Translations under genes and position numbers: made by a program
The notes under the pieces: generated by a model
Databases searched by the model: none
What the model saw: only the letters and a program-made list of their open reading frames with translations
Told to the model about the DNA's origin: nothing
NCBI GenBank assembly: GCA_963727775.1
Contig: CAVSHB010000001.1
Span: forward strand, 288,001 to 352,000
Direction of reading: 5' to 3'
DNA length: 64,000 bases
Source of the DNA: an uncultured Nitrospiraceae bacterium
GTDB taxonomy: Bacteria > Nitrospirota > Thermodesulfovibrionia > Thermodesulfovibrionales > SM23-35
Shown here: positions 22,888-33,469 of the stretch, piece by piece
Layout of the letters: every line of letters starts with the position of its first letter
Position numbering within the stretch: the stretch's first letter is position 1

Positions 22888-24165
22888 GTGCCCTGCTTCA
22901 TAAATTCGGTCACGTATTTCCCAGAGCTATGCGGCTAATGGAAAATGTACTATTGTAACCCTGCTTATCTTTTTGAGCAATTTGCCAAGATCCTGTCTTG
23001 TAAACTTCCACTCGAACGGCGTGGCGATTTTTTCATAATATTGTTCGAAGGAAATCAATCGGTTTTCAAGGGCCGAAAGCGAAGGGAAGGCATTAGGGGT
23101 CAGGGCTTTCCTTTGCAGGATCGAAAAATAGATTTCGATCTGATTCAGCCAGCTGGCATGAACTGGCCCATGAACAAGCTCCAGATTCGGATGCCTTTCC
23201 TTCAGTCGTGCGACCGACTTTACGCCGCGATGTGAGGAACCGTTGTCGACAATCCAGAAAACCCGTCTGGCTTCGTTATAGGGCGATTGTGCCATAACCT
23301 GCATCACTAATCGGTCGAATGGTGCAATCCCACTTTTTCTCTCGCAGCGTCCGAAAACTTTTGCCCGGTGAACATCGAGTGCAGCGATATATGCCCACGC
23401 ACCGCATCGTTTGTACTCATGTTCCACCCTCATGGATGCACCTTGCGCTGGTGGCAGTGTTGGATGACGCCGAGATCGGGCCTGAATGCTTGTCTTCTCA
23501 TCAGCCGATAGGACAAATTCGTCGTCTTTTAGGCATTTTTTATTCCAAACCCTCTCGTAAAGGTCGAGAATACGACCAGCTTTCGCAGTAAATTCAGGAT
23601 CACGAGGAAAAATCCAGCAACGATGCTGCCACGGACGGATAGCATCTTCATTGAGCCAACGCCATACTGTGCAATCACTGATAGTAGAGACTAGTCCAGT
23701 CCGACGAGCCTCGCGAGTAATATCCGCTACACTGAATCGTGAGAGTGGGAGATTGTGTGTAGCAGGCAATTCGCAGGCCAGTGCCTTAATGCTCATGACC
23801 AGCTCTGGGGGAAAAAGCCCGAGGCCGACCCGAGCGAGGGCGTTCTTCAATACCGTGCAACCGTTCTTCAAAAAAACGTTTTCTCCACATGCTGACAACC
23901 TCCCGCCGCGTATTCAAACGGTGGGCTATTTCGTCGTTCGTTAACCCATCCGCGGCCAATAGAATCATCTTGGCGCGAAGTACTTGATAATACGGTAACG
24001 TATATTTTGTGGCACATCTCATCAAGTGTTCCACTTCCTCTGGCGTCAGCCTTATGCTATATGGACTTTTCCTTGGCATTGATGACCTCCTTACGATCAA
24101 TCATGCCATATTCGATTCTATTTAGCAAGCTAATATTACGTTAGTGTAGTTATGATATTATGTAC
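22888..24165 (-). mobile_element. IS630-family element; transposase in two overlapping ORFs (24079 to 22927), likely programmed frameshift; ends approximate
   Basis: HTH ORF ending RPRAFSP, slippery TTTTTCCCCC, then ADEKT, DNGSSH and SWLNQIE motifs. Confidence 0.85.
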
Positions 24166-24221
24166 TAAGTCATCCACTCGAATTGCTTCATCAAGAATCT
24201 ATGCGAAATCGATTCGCCTCC

Positions 24222-25564
24222 TCATTTTCCTCTCATTCTATTTATCAGTTTGACTATTCCGCCGATAAGGCTTTTGGGCCTGAGTTTAACCTCTATCGCG
24301 TCGATATCTTCCATGACGCCGCCTTTGTCCACGATGAAAGAGGCTGCTTTTGCAATGGACAATACCTGGCTGGGATAGACACTTCTATGCCCCGTCATTA
24401 GAAAACTGATGACACACGCTATTGCGGCATAGGGAGCCACCTGCGCACCGAAAAGCTCTACAGCCATTAAACTTGCAGAAATCGGCGTATTCGCTACACC
24501 TGCAAGGAGACTGACCATTCCTATTGCAGAAAATATATTTGGATCAAGCCCGATGATCCTTCCAAACAAGTTACCGGAAGTAGATCCAATAAAGAAGATA
24601 GAGTAACTATGCCACCGCTTCCCCCGAAATTAAGGGTAATCGAAGTAAATACCATTTTATAGAAGAAAGCTAATGCCGGAACTTCTCTGCCTTCAAGTGC
24701 ACCTTTAATTGTATCCAGTCCAAGACCTAAGTATTGTGTAGACAACAGAAACGTCAGCAATACAAGGACAAAACCTCCCAATATTCCCTTAAATGGCAAC
24801 CACATTTTCATTCTCCTGCTCAGATTCATGGTGAACTTTAAAATTTCAATAAACAGAAAAGAACAGAGGCCAAAAAATATACCGCTCAAACATACCTTGA
24901 TAAAAAAGAGGCTGCTAAAGACAGGGACAAAGTTCAACTGATGGTAAAAATACGTTATTCCCAAACCGGAAGAAACATGATAGCCCACAATACCTGCAAC
25001 AAAGGCAGGAAGAAGCACGTCGTACATCAGGCCGCCGACAAAGAGTACTTCAACGCCGAAGATGGCACCTGCGATAGGTGTCCCGAATACAGTGGCAAAA
25101 CCCGCACTGATGCCGCATATAACCAGCTTCTTGCGGTCTCTGTTCCCAAACTTAAACAGGTCAGCAAATGCCGATGCAAGCCCTGCGCCTATTTGTGCAC
25201 AAGGGCCTTCCTTCCCTGCGGACCCACCAAGTGCAATTGTTATGATCGTCGCTATAAGCTTTACCGGTACAACCAATGGATTTATTTTCCCGAAACGTTT
25301 ATGTACCGCTTCTATTACTTTTTCTGTACCATGTCCTTCTGCTTCGGGAGCAAGATATTTTACAATTAGACTGCTAAGGAACAACGCTCCCGGTAGCAAA
25401 ATAAAGTAAAATTTATAGCCTCTCGTAAATGTTATACCAAGACCTAATAGTTTCAGGAATATTGCTGTTGATAAGCCAACAATGACCCCTATGCACGATG
25501 ATAGGATCACCCATTTGCTGACGCTGATAAATAGTATTGAACCTTCTATGACTCTTCTTTTCAT
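24222..25564 (-). pseudogene. CLC chloride channel/antiporter, 1-bp frameshift near 24601
   Basis: GKEGP, FGTPIAG and GGSGGIVT, continuing in another frame with ANTPIS. Confidence 0.85.
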
Positions 25565-25663
25565 TTAAAACAACCTTTGCCAGACAAGATATTTTTAAGA
25601 TATGGGAATCGAAAGATTTCACTTATAATAGCGCTAATCGCCATTACTCACAAAGGACGTATG

Positions 25664-25694
25664 GTAAAGGGCGAGATCACATCTCGCCCTTTAC
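25664..25694 (-). terminator. Stem-loop downstream of lipoprotein gene
   Basis: GTAAAGGGCGAGAT-CAC-ATCTCGCCCTTTAC perfect stem. Confidence 0.6.
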
Positions 25695-25764
25695 AGAGTA
25701 GCTTCAAAATATCCGTTTCACCTTCACTGAACTGCTTCGAAAAGCAAGTCATGAAAGTTCATTC

Positions 25765-25980
25765 CTATTTTTGCTCATGCAATTCGAACGCTTTCTCGCA
25801 CTTCTTTGCAGCATTCTCAGCTCTTTCAGCCGCAGCTTCAGCCTTACTGCAGCAATCCTTCGCTTCCAGCTTGCTGATTCTATCAGCCAGAGGGTCTACT
25901 TGCTGCTTTACGTAATCTCTTGTAGCACATCCCCAAAATAGCAGCGACAGTAATGGAATAACTAATAATGCTTTTTTCAT
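25765..25980 (-). CDS. Lpp/OprI-like alanine-zipper lipoprotein
   Basis: Lipobox FWGC, AEAAAERAENAA coiled coil, C-terminal Lys. Confidence 0.75.
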   Translation of the reverse strand: MKKALLVIPLLSLLFWGCATRDYVKQQVDPLADRISKLEAKDCCSKAEAAAERAENAAKKCEKAFELHEQK

Positions 25981-26079
25981 TGTATAACACCTCCTTCCCG
26001 GATAGAAAGTGCTTCTCTGATAATCTCAGAATAAGCATTCACCCGCTTCTCGAGGCAACGCCATTTCAGGCAATCCTCA

Positions 26080-26490
26080 TTATTCCTTATTACACACATA
26101 TTCAAATAAATCGAGTTCATGAGCGCCCTGTTTTATGTGATGCCATAGGGTATAATCATATTCTTCTGTTTTCTCCGTGCCATCAATAAATCGAAAAGTT
26201 ATTTTGAGATCGTTATATCTCTCTTTGTCGCAATCCCATTGGCGGCAAATGAGAACCTCACTAATAGGTTTTTTGAAAGCACCGGACAACTTTGGTTTGA
26301 CATATGAAGATTTCTGACAGGCACTTACGATGTCATCAGAGATCTGCCTAATGCTATCACTGTCAATGGATACGGACATATTGCCATCCTTGCTTCTACC
26401 GACAAGTTGCCAGTTAGCCCCCTCTGACAGGGTTACGAGACAGAGGAGGCCAATGGCTAAAAGAGTTATTATATATGACCCTTTTTTCAC
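26080..26490 (-). CDS. Secreted protein, surface-adhesin E-like
   Basis: Signal peptide, ANWQLVG, IDSDSI, WDC and terminal VC pattern. Confidence 0.6.
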   Translation of the reverse strand: MKKGSYIITLLAIGLLCLVTLSEGANWQLVGRSKDGNMSVSIDSDSIRQISDDIVSACQKSSYVKPKLSGAFKKPISEVLICRQWDCDKERYNDLKITFRFIDGTEKTEEYDYTLWHHIKQGAHELDLFEYVCNKE

Positions 26491-26515
26491 TGTTCTTTAG
26501 ATATCAAGGACTGGT

Positions 26516-27091
26516 TTATTTGAAAACAAAATGATCCCTTCTATTTTTCACCCAACATGTTTCATTTTTTTCTGTACATATCGGTTTTTCCTTGCCATAA
26601 CTTATCGTATCCATCCTATTGGATGGAATTCCGAGTGCCAAGAGATACTGCTTGGCAGCATTGGCCCTTCTATCCCCCAGCGCGATGTTGTATTCGGCGG
26701 TCCCCCTCTCATCGCAGTTTCCCTCGATAAGCACTTTTATTGTCTGATTCTTAAGGAGCGCCGAAGACAGTTGCTCGAGTAAGGCTTGCGCAGTATCACT
26801 TATAGAATAATTATCGTAATCAAAGTAGATGTCATGAAATTTTGTTTCCAAAACCCTAATCGTTTCTTGCATATCCGATATCTGCTTTTTAGAAAGCTCT
26901 CTTTCCGAAATGTCTTTTGATTTGTTCATGTCCTTAAGAGGCGCTTGTTCTATCCGTTTGCGCTCGGGTTGCTTGTTCTCGACAGCGGAAGCTTCTTTCT
27001 TAGGCAGATCGGCAGTTTTCACAACATCTCTTTGCGCACACCCTACTATCATTACTCCTACTATCATTAAGACTGAGAATATTTTCCTCAT
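26516..27091 (-). CDS. pal: Peptidoglycan-associated lipoprotein
   Basis: Lipobox, IYFDYD, GNCDERGTAEYNIALG, NRR. Confidence 0.9.
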   Translation of the reverse strand: MRKIFSVLMIVGVMIVGCAQRDVVKTADLPKKEASAVENKQPERKRIEQAPLKDMNKSKDISERELSKKQISDMQETIRVLETKFHDIYFDYDNYSISDTAQALLEQLSSALLKNQTIKVLIEGNCDERGTAEYNIALGDRRANAAKQYLLALGIPSNRMDTISYGKEKPICTEKNETCWVKNRRDHFVFK

Positions 27092-27225
27092 TAGTTCCCC
27101 TTCAGTGTTTAAGAAGATATAGCAGTCACAAGAGATCCTCTGGAGGTCTTGTGACGGATATCGTAATGGTTTTGTTTAAAGAGATTCTCTCAAAAAGAAA
27201 AGAGATGAAGCATACCCTATGAAGA

Positions 27226-27690
27226 TTAAACTGCTGGAGGGGACAGGCCTGAATGTAACAGACGATAGTCCTGTAACGGTCTTCGTCTATCGAGCGAAAT
27301 CGCTAATCTCGACAAAAGATGTTCAAAAAGAATGAAATTGCTTGTTGCTATAGATACACTTTCTAAATGTGCAATTTCAATATTGGTGTCCGGAGGTAAT
27401 ATCGCTCGCGCTTTTCTTAACAGTATTCTGTCATTCGAATTTGATGAAGAAGCAGTATTACCTGAGCTCAGCTTTGAACAGATAAGCTCCCACACAAATA
27501 TATCGAAACTTGTCGACATGCCGGCTGCTCTGTCCTGAGCAGTGAACTTTCCAATAATATTTTTAGTCGAAAGAGAATAAGAAAGAGGTGATATTGCATA
27601 AATAAAGAAATAGAAAATAAAACCGAAAGTGAGGATATATTTCTTTTTGTGTAAACTCATCGTACCATTAATGCTCAGCAAGAAATTCAC
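27226..27690 (-). CDS. Hypothetical membrane protein
   Basis: ORF with N-terminal TM and C-terminal HSGLSPP. Confidence 0.5.
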   Translation of the reverse strand: MNFLLSINGTMSLHKKKYILTFGFIFYFFIYAISPLSYSLSTKNIIGKFTAQDRAAGMSTSFDIFVWELICSKLSSGNTASSSNSNDRILLRKARAILPPDTNIEIAHLESVSIATSNFILFEHLLSRLAISLDRRRPLQDYRLLHSGLSPPAV

Positions 27691-27743
27691 TGAAATAATT
27701 ATGGCGCGTCAATATATATAATTGCAAGGGAGCAAGATATGAA

Positions 27744-29392
27744 CCTAAAAACGGCAGTTGACATCATAAATGGCACAAGTTAGGGAGTATCCAGGCAGGT
27801 TTTATCCTTAATGGGCCGATCAATTTTCTAAATGCGTACAATGCAATGAACCTTACGCGTTCAGAGAGATTCAACTGCTCCGCAGTAACTTTAACGCGCC
27901 CGAGAAAGCGCGACAGATTTCGCAATGCGCTTTCTACCTTCGCTGCCTTTGCATGCTGATTTGTAATAGTCAAGAAAGTCTGTCCGCCATGGCTTGTTTT
28001 TTTGGCCACTGCATGTAAAAGCAATGGGCGGCTTGTGATGGCCTCGTGATGTTTGTTAGGATTTGCAAGACGTACAAATAGAGACCACCAATTGTATATG
28101 AGGGCAACCATACGGCTGACAAAACGGCACCGCTTCAAATCTTTCGTCGTGTAACCACCCCAGCCCCACTGGTTTTTCAATTCATCGAAGCAGTTTTCAC
28201 TGTCTGCACGATCCCGGTAATGCTGGGCTATGGATAAAATATCATCAGGCAGTGATGTTACAAGCACTGCGTATTCATATTTCCCAATCCGCCCTTCCGT
28301 TTCTATAAATGCCATATCCAACTGATCCTTCGCCGTCTTCTGCTTAAGCAGTATATCTCCTGTAATAAGGCGACGCAGAACTATTACACGACGACTACGG
28401 CTCCATCCACTCAGTTTCAATGATGATTCTGTCCCCTTGTATCCTTGTCCGGCATCTGCCCAGTCATCAATTTCAAAAAGCCTCTCAATGAGACGTTTGA
28501 CGTTCTTTGTGAGCCTGAGCTTGGTAAGGTAATGAATTCTCCTTGCTTCTGCTCCTGACAGTACCCCCTCTACTCCAAAAGCAACATCTCCCCGTATAAA
28601 TGCCGGCCAATTCCCTTTGGGTATGCTTTCAAGCAGTTGCCACAGTCCAGCAGTATTGTGATTTGATGCCGTCTCATTCCCGGGCTTCACTTCAACTTTC
28701 AACGCCAATCTGGTATTTGCCATGAAATAACTATGGTAGCAGTGTGAGGGCCGACCCCGTTTTTTCGGATTGTATCCGACAACTGCTCCCTCCTGTTTTC
28801 CATACAAACACTTCACTGTCGTATCTGTATCAAGTATCCAAGAAGGACCTGCTACTACGGATAATACCGGCATTGTACAGCGGGCGAACTGAGTTTCAAG
28901 CCACTGTATTCCATCTTTTTCCTCTATATTCAATAAGGCCCGTCGCGCTGCATCTTCGCTGATGATTTTCTTCATCCCCAATAGCTCAGGATTGACGCCA
29001 TCACAACGAATTGCCGATATATGCGCATACCGCTTGTGCCCGGCAAGTATGGAAAGCATCAAGGTTCCCAATATATCCCGCTTAGCAGGCGCATTAGGAC
29101 TGCTGTACTCAAGCGGACAATCATCTACAAAGCTATCGAACAACCCGCTGACTTTCAGAAACTCTATGAAAAATGGAAGTTGCCCTAATGGTGTTACTGC
29201 TGCTTGTCTGTCCCATTCAACGTGAATCTTTCCCGCATATGTGTCGAGCCCTGCGCGGTTATTTTCCCTTGCCAATGCCCGTCGCTTTGCTTCACCCATC
29301 AGGTGATCCCTCCCTTGCTGTGTTTTTTACGCTTCCATGAATATTATCACAAGGTTACTGCGATAGGTGGGTTCTTAGCTGCTGTTTATAGG
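27744..29392 (-). mobile_element. IS1380-family element (transposase 27764..29299)
   Basis: Inverted repeats CCTAAAAACGGCAG / CTGCTGTTTATAGG; DTDTTV, RGDVAF and RADSENCFDELK motifs. Confidence 0.85.
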
Positions 29393-29486
29393 TTGAATCC
29401 GATATATGCACAGAGAGGACGGCTGGATATCGAAAAATATGTTAATTCAGGTTACTCAGTTACCTTTTTTCGAGATCCTCTTATGA

Positions 29487-29566
29487 TGGATATTCCTCTC
29501 AGTTCGGACACCTTATTTTTTGAGCTAAGCCATCACTCACCCTTGGCCCCGGACTTCTGGCCGTAC
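29487..29566. repeat. IS3-like end remnant; inverted copy of 32367-32442; 5' exon of the intron
   Basis: TGGATATTCC..CAGTTCGGACACCTTATTTTTTGAGCTAAGCCATCAC shared in inverted orientation. Confidence 0.75.
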
Positions 29567-31526
29567 GTGCGCCACGAGGCTGCACAGAAGATGAGGGAAG
29601 GCCCCTCGGAGTCGGCTTGCAGGAGCAGGCTCCAAACCACCTTAAGCTGCATCTGTTAAGAGCAGGTGTGGTGAGCGTTAAGGAAAAGGCACTGGGAAAA
29701 GTGTCAGGTATGAATCAGCAGAGATGAACGCAAGTGAACCACTGATGAGGTGTCGAAAGAAGTCAGGCGACGTCGAAACTGGTGACGTACGGCATGCCAG
29801 AATAAGCCCGAGAGAAACCTGTTTACTGACCGGGCGGCGTCCGGCATAAAGGTGGCATGACTCTGATTCAGGCTTTTGTGGGGAACGTGGGAAGCTGTGC
29901 ACTGATGTAAAGGGAGAAATCCAAATGGAGGTCCCATGAGGATGAGAGTACCGATGCGGGGCACAGCGACGGAGTAGCCCGTAGTAGTGATGAAGACTCG
30001 TAATGGAGTTGGAGCAAAGGGGCTACATTGTTCAGCTTTATTAAATGGTCAACCATTTGATGGGAGGAGCTATTGAGTAAAGCAAAGCCGTTTAGTATTT
30101 CCAAACAAGTAGTGCTGGATGCCTTTAAGCGTGTAAAGGCAAACAAAGGTGTTGCCGGAGTAGACGGGGAGTCGATTGCAGAGTTTGAGAAGGCCCTCAA
30201 AAGCAATCTCTATAAGCTCTGGAATCGGATGTCATCAGGGAGCTATTTCCCGCCACCGGTTCTTACTGTTGAGATACCGAAGGACAATGGAGGTATACGG
30301 TCTCTTGGGATACCAACGGTAGCAGACAGGATTGCGCAGATGGTGGTAAAGCTGTATCTGGAGCCTGAAGTGGAGCCGCACTTTCACCCAGACTCCTACG
30401 GGTACAGACCTGGGAAATCGGCAGTGGAGGCAGTAGGGGTAGCTCGACAGAGGTGCCGGAAGTACGGCTGGGTTGTGGATTTGGATATTAAAGGATTCTT
30501 TGATAATCTGAACCACGAGTTGGTGATGCGTGCAGTGCGCAAGCATACCAACTGCAAGTGGATACTGCTCTACATTGAGCGCTGGCTGAAAGCCCCCGCT
30601 CAACTACGGGACGGGACTCTTGCAAGTCGGGATAAAGGCACGCCCCAAGGGTCATTATCCAAAGCTTTTGATAAGGCGGAGTAATCTCGCCCCTACTGTC
30701 GAATATCTATCTTAACGAGGTGGATAAGATGCTGGAGAAGGCGAAAATCGTAACGAGCAAATCTGGTTTTACCCATGTCGAATATGCTCGTTTTGCGGAT
30801 GACCTTGTGGTACTCGTAGATGGGTATCGCCGCTGGGACTGGCTGGTAGAGAGGGTATATCGGCGACTTCTTGAGGAGTTCGCAAGAGTTGATGTAACAG
30901 TCAACGAAGAAAAGACACGACTGGTAGACCTGATGAAAGGAGAGAGCTTCAGCTTTCTGGGATTCGACATTCGGAGTGTCCGAACACTGAGTGACAAATC
31001 AGGAGTGCTTATCACGCCAAGGATGAAAGCGCGGACGACCCTTTTGCATAACCTCAAGGAAATCTTCCAGCGCTTCATATCGCAACCAGTGGGCCGGGTG
31101 ATAGAACTGATCAACCCGAAACTCCGGGGCTGGGTTAACTACTTTAGGGTGGGACATTCCAGCAGGTGTTTTCAGTACGTAAAAGATTGGGTGGAGAAGA
31201 AGATACGGCGGCATCTTATGAGGGCTCGAAAACGGGGAGGCTTTGGCTGGGACAGGTGGAGTAGAGACTGGTTTTACGGGCATCTTGGGCTTTATGCCGA
31301 TTATAAGGTGAGGTATTACCGTGGACTCGAAAGCGCTGCCAGCGGATAGGCATCATAACCCTTGAGGAGAAGCCAATAGGAAAGCGTAGTGCGGGAAATC
31401 CGCACGCTGCGTTTGACGTGGCAGGGAATGGAGAAGTGCCATGGCGAACCTAAACGGGCACGAAACTGGAAACGGTGGATACAGCCAAGGGGAGACCTAC
31501 GGTAACTCGCCATTCTTTGACCCTAC
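29567..31526 (+). mobile_element. Group II intron (chimeric)
   Basis: 5' GTGCG; EBS1/EBS2 pair with the 5' exon; domain V AAAGCGTAGTGCGGGAAATCCGCACGCTGCGTTT at 31381; 3' end GACCCTAC. Confidence 0.9.
30073..31349 (+). pseudogene. ltrA: Group II intron reverse transcriptase/maturase, broken at GTPQG
   Basis: GIPTVADR, DLDIKGFFD, GTPQG, RFADD, LRGWVNYF; 26 extra bp near 30650 shift the frame. Confidence 0.9.
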
Positions 31527-31584
31527 TGACGAGGGGGAGCTGGAGATAGAGCGTATTTGCCACTACGCCAGCTCTCTACTCTAT
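31527..31584 (+). mobile_element. 3' remnant (end of domain V plus domain VI) of a second, host group II intron
   Basis: TGACGAGGGGGAGCTGGAG...CCAGCTCTCTACTCTAT stem with bulged A and AY end. Confidence 0.7.
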
Positions 31585-31708
31585 AGACAGTGAGATATGT
31601 CTTAACCCGCTCAAAATCTCTATTTCTATGTGAACTGCGGTGCTTCACGGCGACTCGTTGGTGCGTTGAGTACAAGGAAGAATTGTATGTTCAGATCTGC
31701 AGAATTCT

Positions 31709-31942
31709 TCATGCACACTGGTGCCCAGTTTTTTTGACATACTCTCTCAAGGCATCGTTCATGAGTGTCTGATATCCGGATTTCTTTTCCGTAGCCAGTT
31801 TCTTGAAAAACAACAGAATGTCATTATCAAGTCTTATGGTCGTGGAAATCTTTTTGGGTCTATAAAACCTACCCCTTATTCCTTTTGAAAAGTCATACTC
31901 CTCTTTGAGTTCAAATGTTTCTTTCTTATCCAATTGTTTCAT
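31709..31942 (-). CDS. brnA: BrnA-family antitoxin
   Basis: EEYDFSKG, TIRLDNDI and GYQTLMNDAL motifs. Confidence 0.88.
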   Translation of the reverse strand: MKQLDKKETFELKEEYDFSKGIRGRFYRPKKISTTIRLDNDILLFFKKLATEKKSGYQTLMNDALREYVKKTGHQCA

Positions 31943-32216
31943 ATTGTTTCACCTCCTTTTTTGTTGCTTTCCTTGCATTTATTATTCTTATGATTTCATC
32001 AGCATTCTCTGTTAAGTAGTACAAATGTCCCACTACAATAATACTTCCTTTTCTTAGACTGCCAACAGTAATCCATCTCTCATCGAAATAATCGAATCTT
32101 TTGTCCAGAATGGATACATGGAGAGGATCATCAAATACCTCTGCTACATAATCGAATGATATGCCATGCTTTCTTATGTTCTCTTTATTCTTATTTGCAT
32201 CCCATTTAAATTCCAT
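31926..32216 (-). CDS. brnT: BrnT-family ribonuclease toxin
   Basis: MEFKWD..K...NIRKHGISF and IRIINARKAT motifs. Confidence 0.9.
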   Translation of the reverse strand: MEFKWDANKNKENIRKHGISFDYVAEVFDDPLHVSILDKRFDYFDERWITVGSLRKGSIIVVGHLYYLTENADEIIRIINARKATKKEVKQYETIG

Positions 32217-32366
32217 GCTTAGTTACATTTTAAGATAAAGTAACAACAGTGTCAATACAATCTGCTTCAGCGGTATACAGCCTTTAGTATTTATTCCCAT
32301 TAATAATCAGCAGATTTTCTGACCCATCCAAGCACGTTGACTTCAGGAAGCACATCTCCGTGTATA

Positions 32367-32442
32367 GTACGGCCAGAAGACCGGTGCTATGGGTGATGGC
32401 TTAGCTCAAAAAATAAGGTGTCCGAACTGCGCGGAATATCCA
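32367..32442. repeat. IS3-like end remnant; unoccupied intron target
   Basis: Inverted copy of 29487-29566, ending CA. Confidence 0.75.
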
Positions 32443-32497
32443 CTTTATCTCGTCACTCATCGCAATGACAATTAAGTATATTTTATAATATCTTCAA

Positions 32498-33469
32498 ATG
32501 TCACTGTTTGCATCTATCGACGTCGGTTCCAATACATTGAGGCTCCTGATTGCCGGGATTGAAGAGAACAGAATAATTAATGTATTCTCCGACAGGAAGA
32601 TAACGCGTCTCGGCAATAAGGTCTCAACGACCGGGCGGCTTCAGGATGAAAATATCGAAGTCTCGATTGCTGCACTGAAGGAATTCTCAGCCCGGATCTC
32701 CGAATACGGCGTTGCTCATATTAAAGCTGTTGCCACGAGCGCCTTGCGTGAAGCGGTAAACTCCGGGTCCTTCATTAAGAAGGCCTTTGAGGACACGGGC
32801 ATATCCGTTGAAGTAATTTCAGGAGACAGAGAAGCCGGGCTTACTCTAAAAGGTATCCTCTCTTCATTTTGTGGGTCCGATCTCCGGATACTACCTTCCG
32901 CCTTCATCATCGATATCGGGGGAGGGAGCACGGAATGGATCCTCTATCGGGACAAGCATCTTGTCGATATGGGAAGTATCCCGGTAGGTGTGATTAAGCT
33001 TACCCATGATTTTATCAAAACAGACCCTGTCGCTATACATGACCTTAATGGGCTGACTGCTGAAATTGTTTCGGTATTGGACAATCTAAAAATGAAAATC
33101 GCACGACATGTGCGCAGAGATATGCTTTTTATAGGTACCGCCGGGACCTTTACTACTATCGTCGCTATCGACCTCGGGCTCGAAACCTATTCAAGGGAAA
33201 AGATACATCTGCACAAACTGCCTTTAGCCGGATTGCGGGATATGGGGGAGCAACTTACGGCCCTCTCATTGGAAGAAAGGAAAAAAATCGTGGGGCTTGA
33301 ACCTGAGAGAGCAGACTTGATTATACCCGGCATACTATTTACAATTAAGATCATGGAATATTTCGGTTTTAATGAATTAACGGTAAGCGATTACGGGCTG
33401 CTTGAAGGAACTTTGTTGGACCTGAAGGAGGGAATTGGAAAAAGTATTTCAGAGGCCGAAAAGCCTTAA
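32498..33469 (+). CDS. ppx: Ppx/GppA exopolyphosphatase
   Basis: IDVGSNTLRL, ATSALRE and DIGGGSTE motifs. Confidence 0.92.
   Translation: MSLFASIDVGSNTLRLLIAGIEENRIINVFSDRKITRLGNKVSTTGRLQDENIEVSIAALKEFSARISEYGVAHIKAVATSALREAVNSGSFIKKAFEDTGISVEVISGDREAGLTLKGILSSFCGSDLRILPSAFIIDIGGGSTEWILYRDKHLVDMGSIPVGVIKLTHDFIKTDPVAIHDLNGLTAEIVSVLDNLKMKIARHVRRDMLFIGTAGTFTTIVAIDLGLETYSREKIHLHKLPLAGLRDMGEQLTALSLEERKKIVGLEPERADLIIPGILFTIKIMEYFGFNELTVSDYGLLEGTLLDLKEGIGKSISEAEKP

Noticed and set aside
25565..25700. Fluoride riboswitch / fluoride-specific CLC
   Set aside because: No riboswitch consensus seen; the protein has GKEGP and lacks the GNNLI/GREGT motifs
29204..30206. Short ORFs overlapping intron domains I-III
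   Set aside because: Lie in structured intron RNA or IS ends; no protein motifs
30073..31349. Retron, DGR or defence-associated RT
   Set aside because: Flanked by a group II intron 5' end, EBS/IBS pairing and domains V-VI
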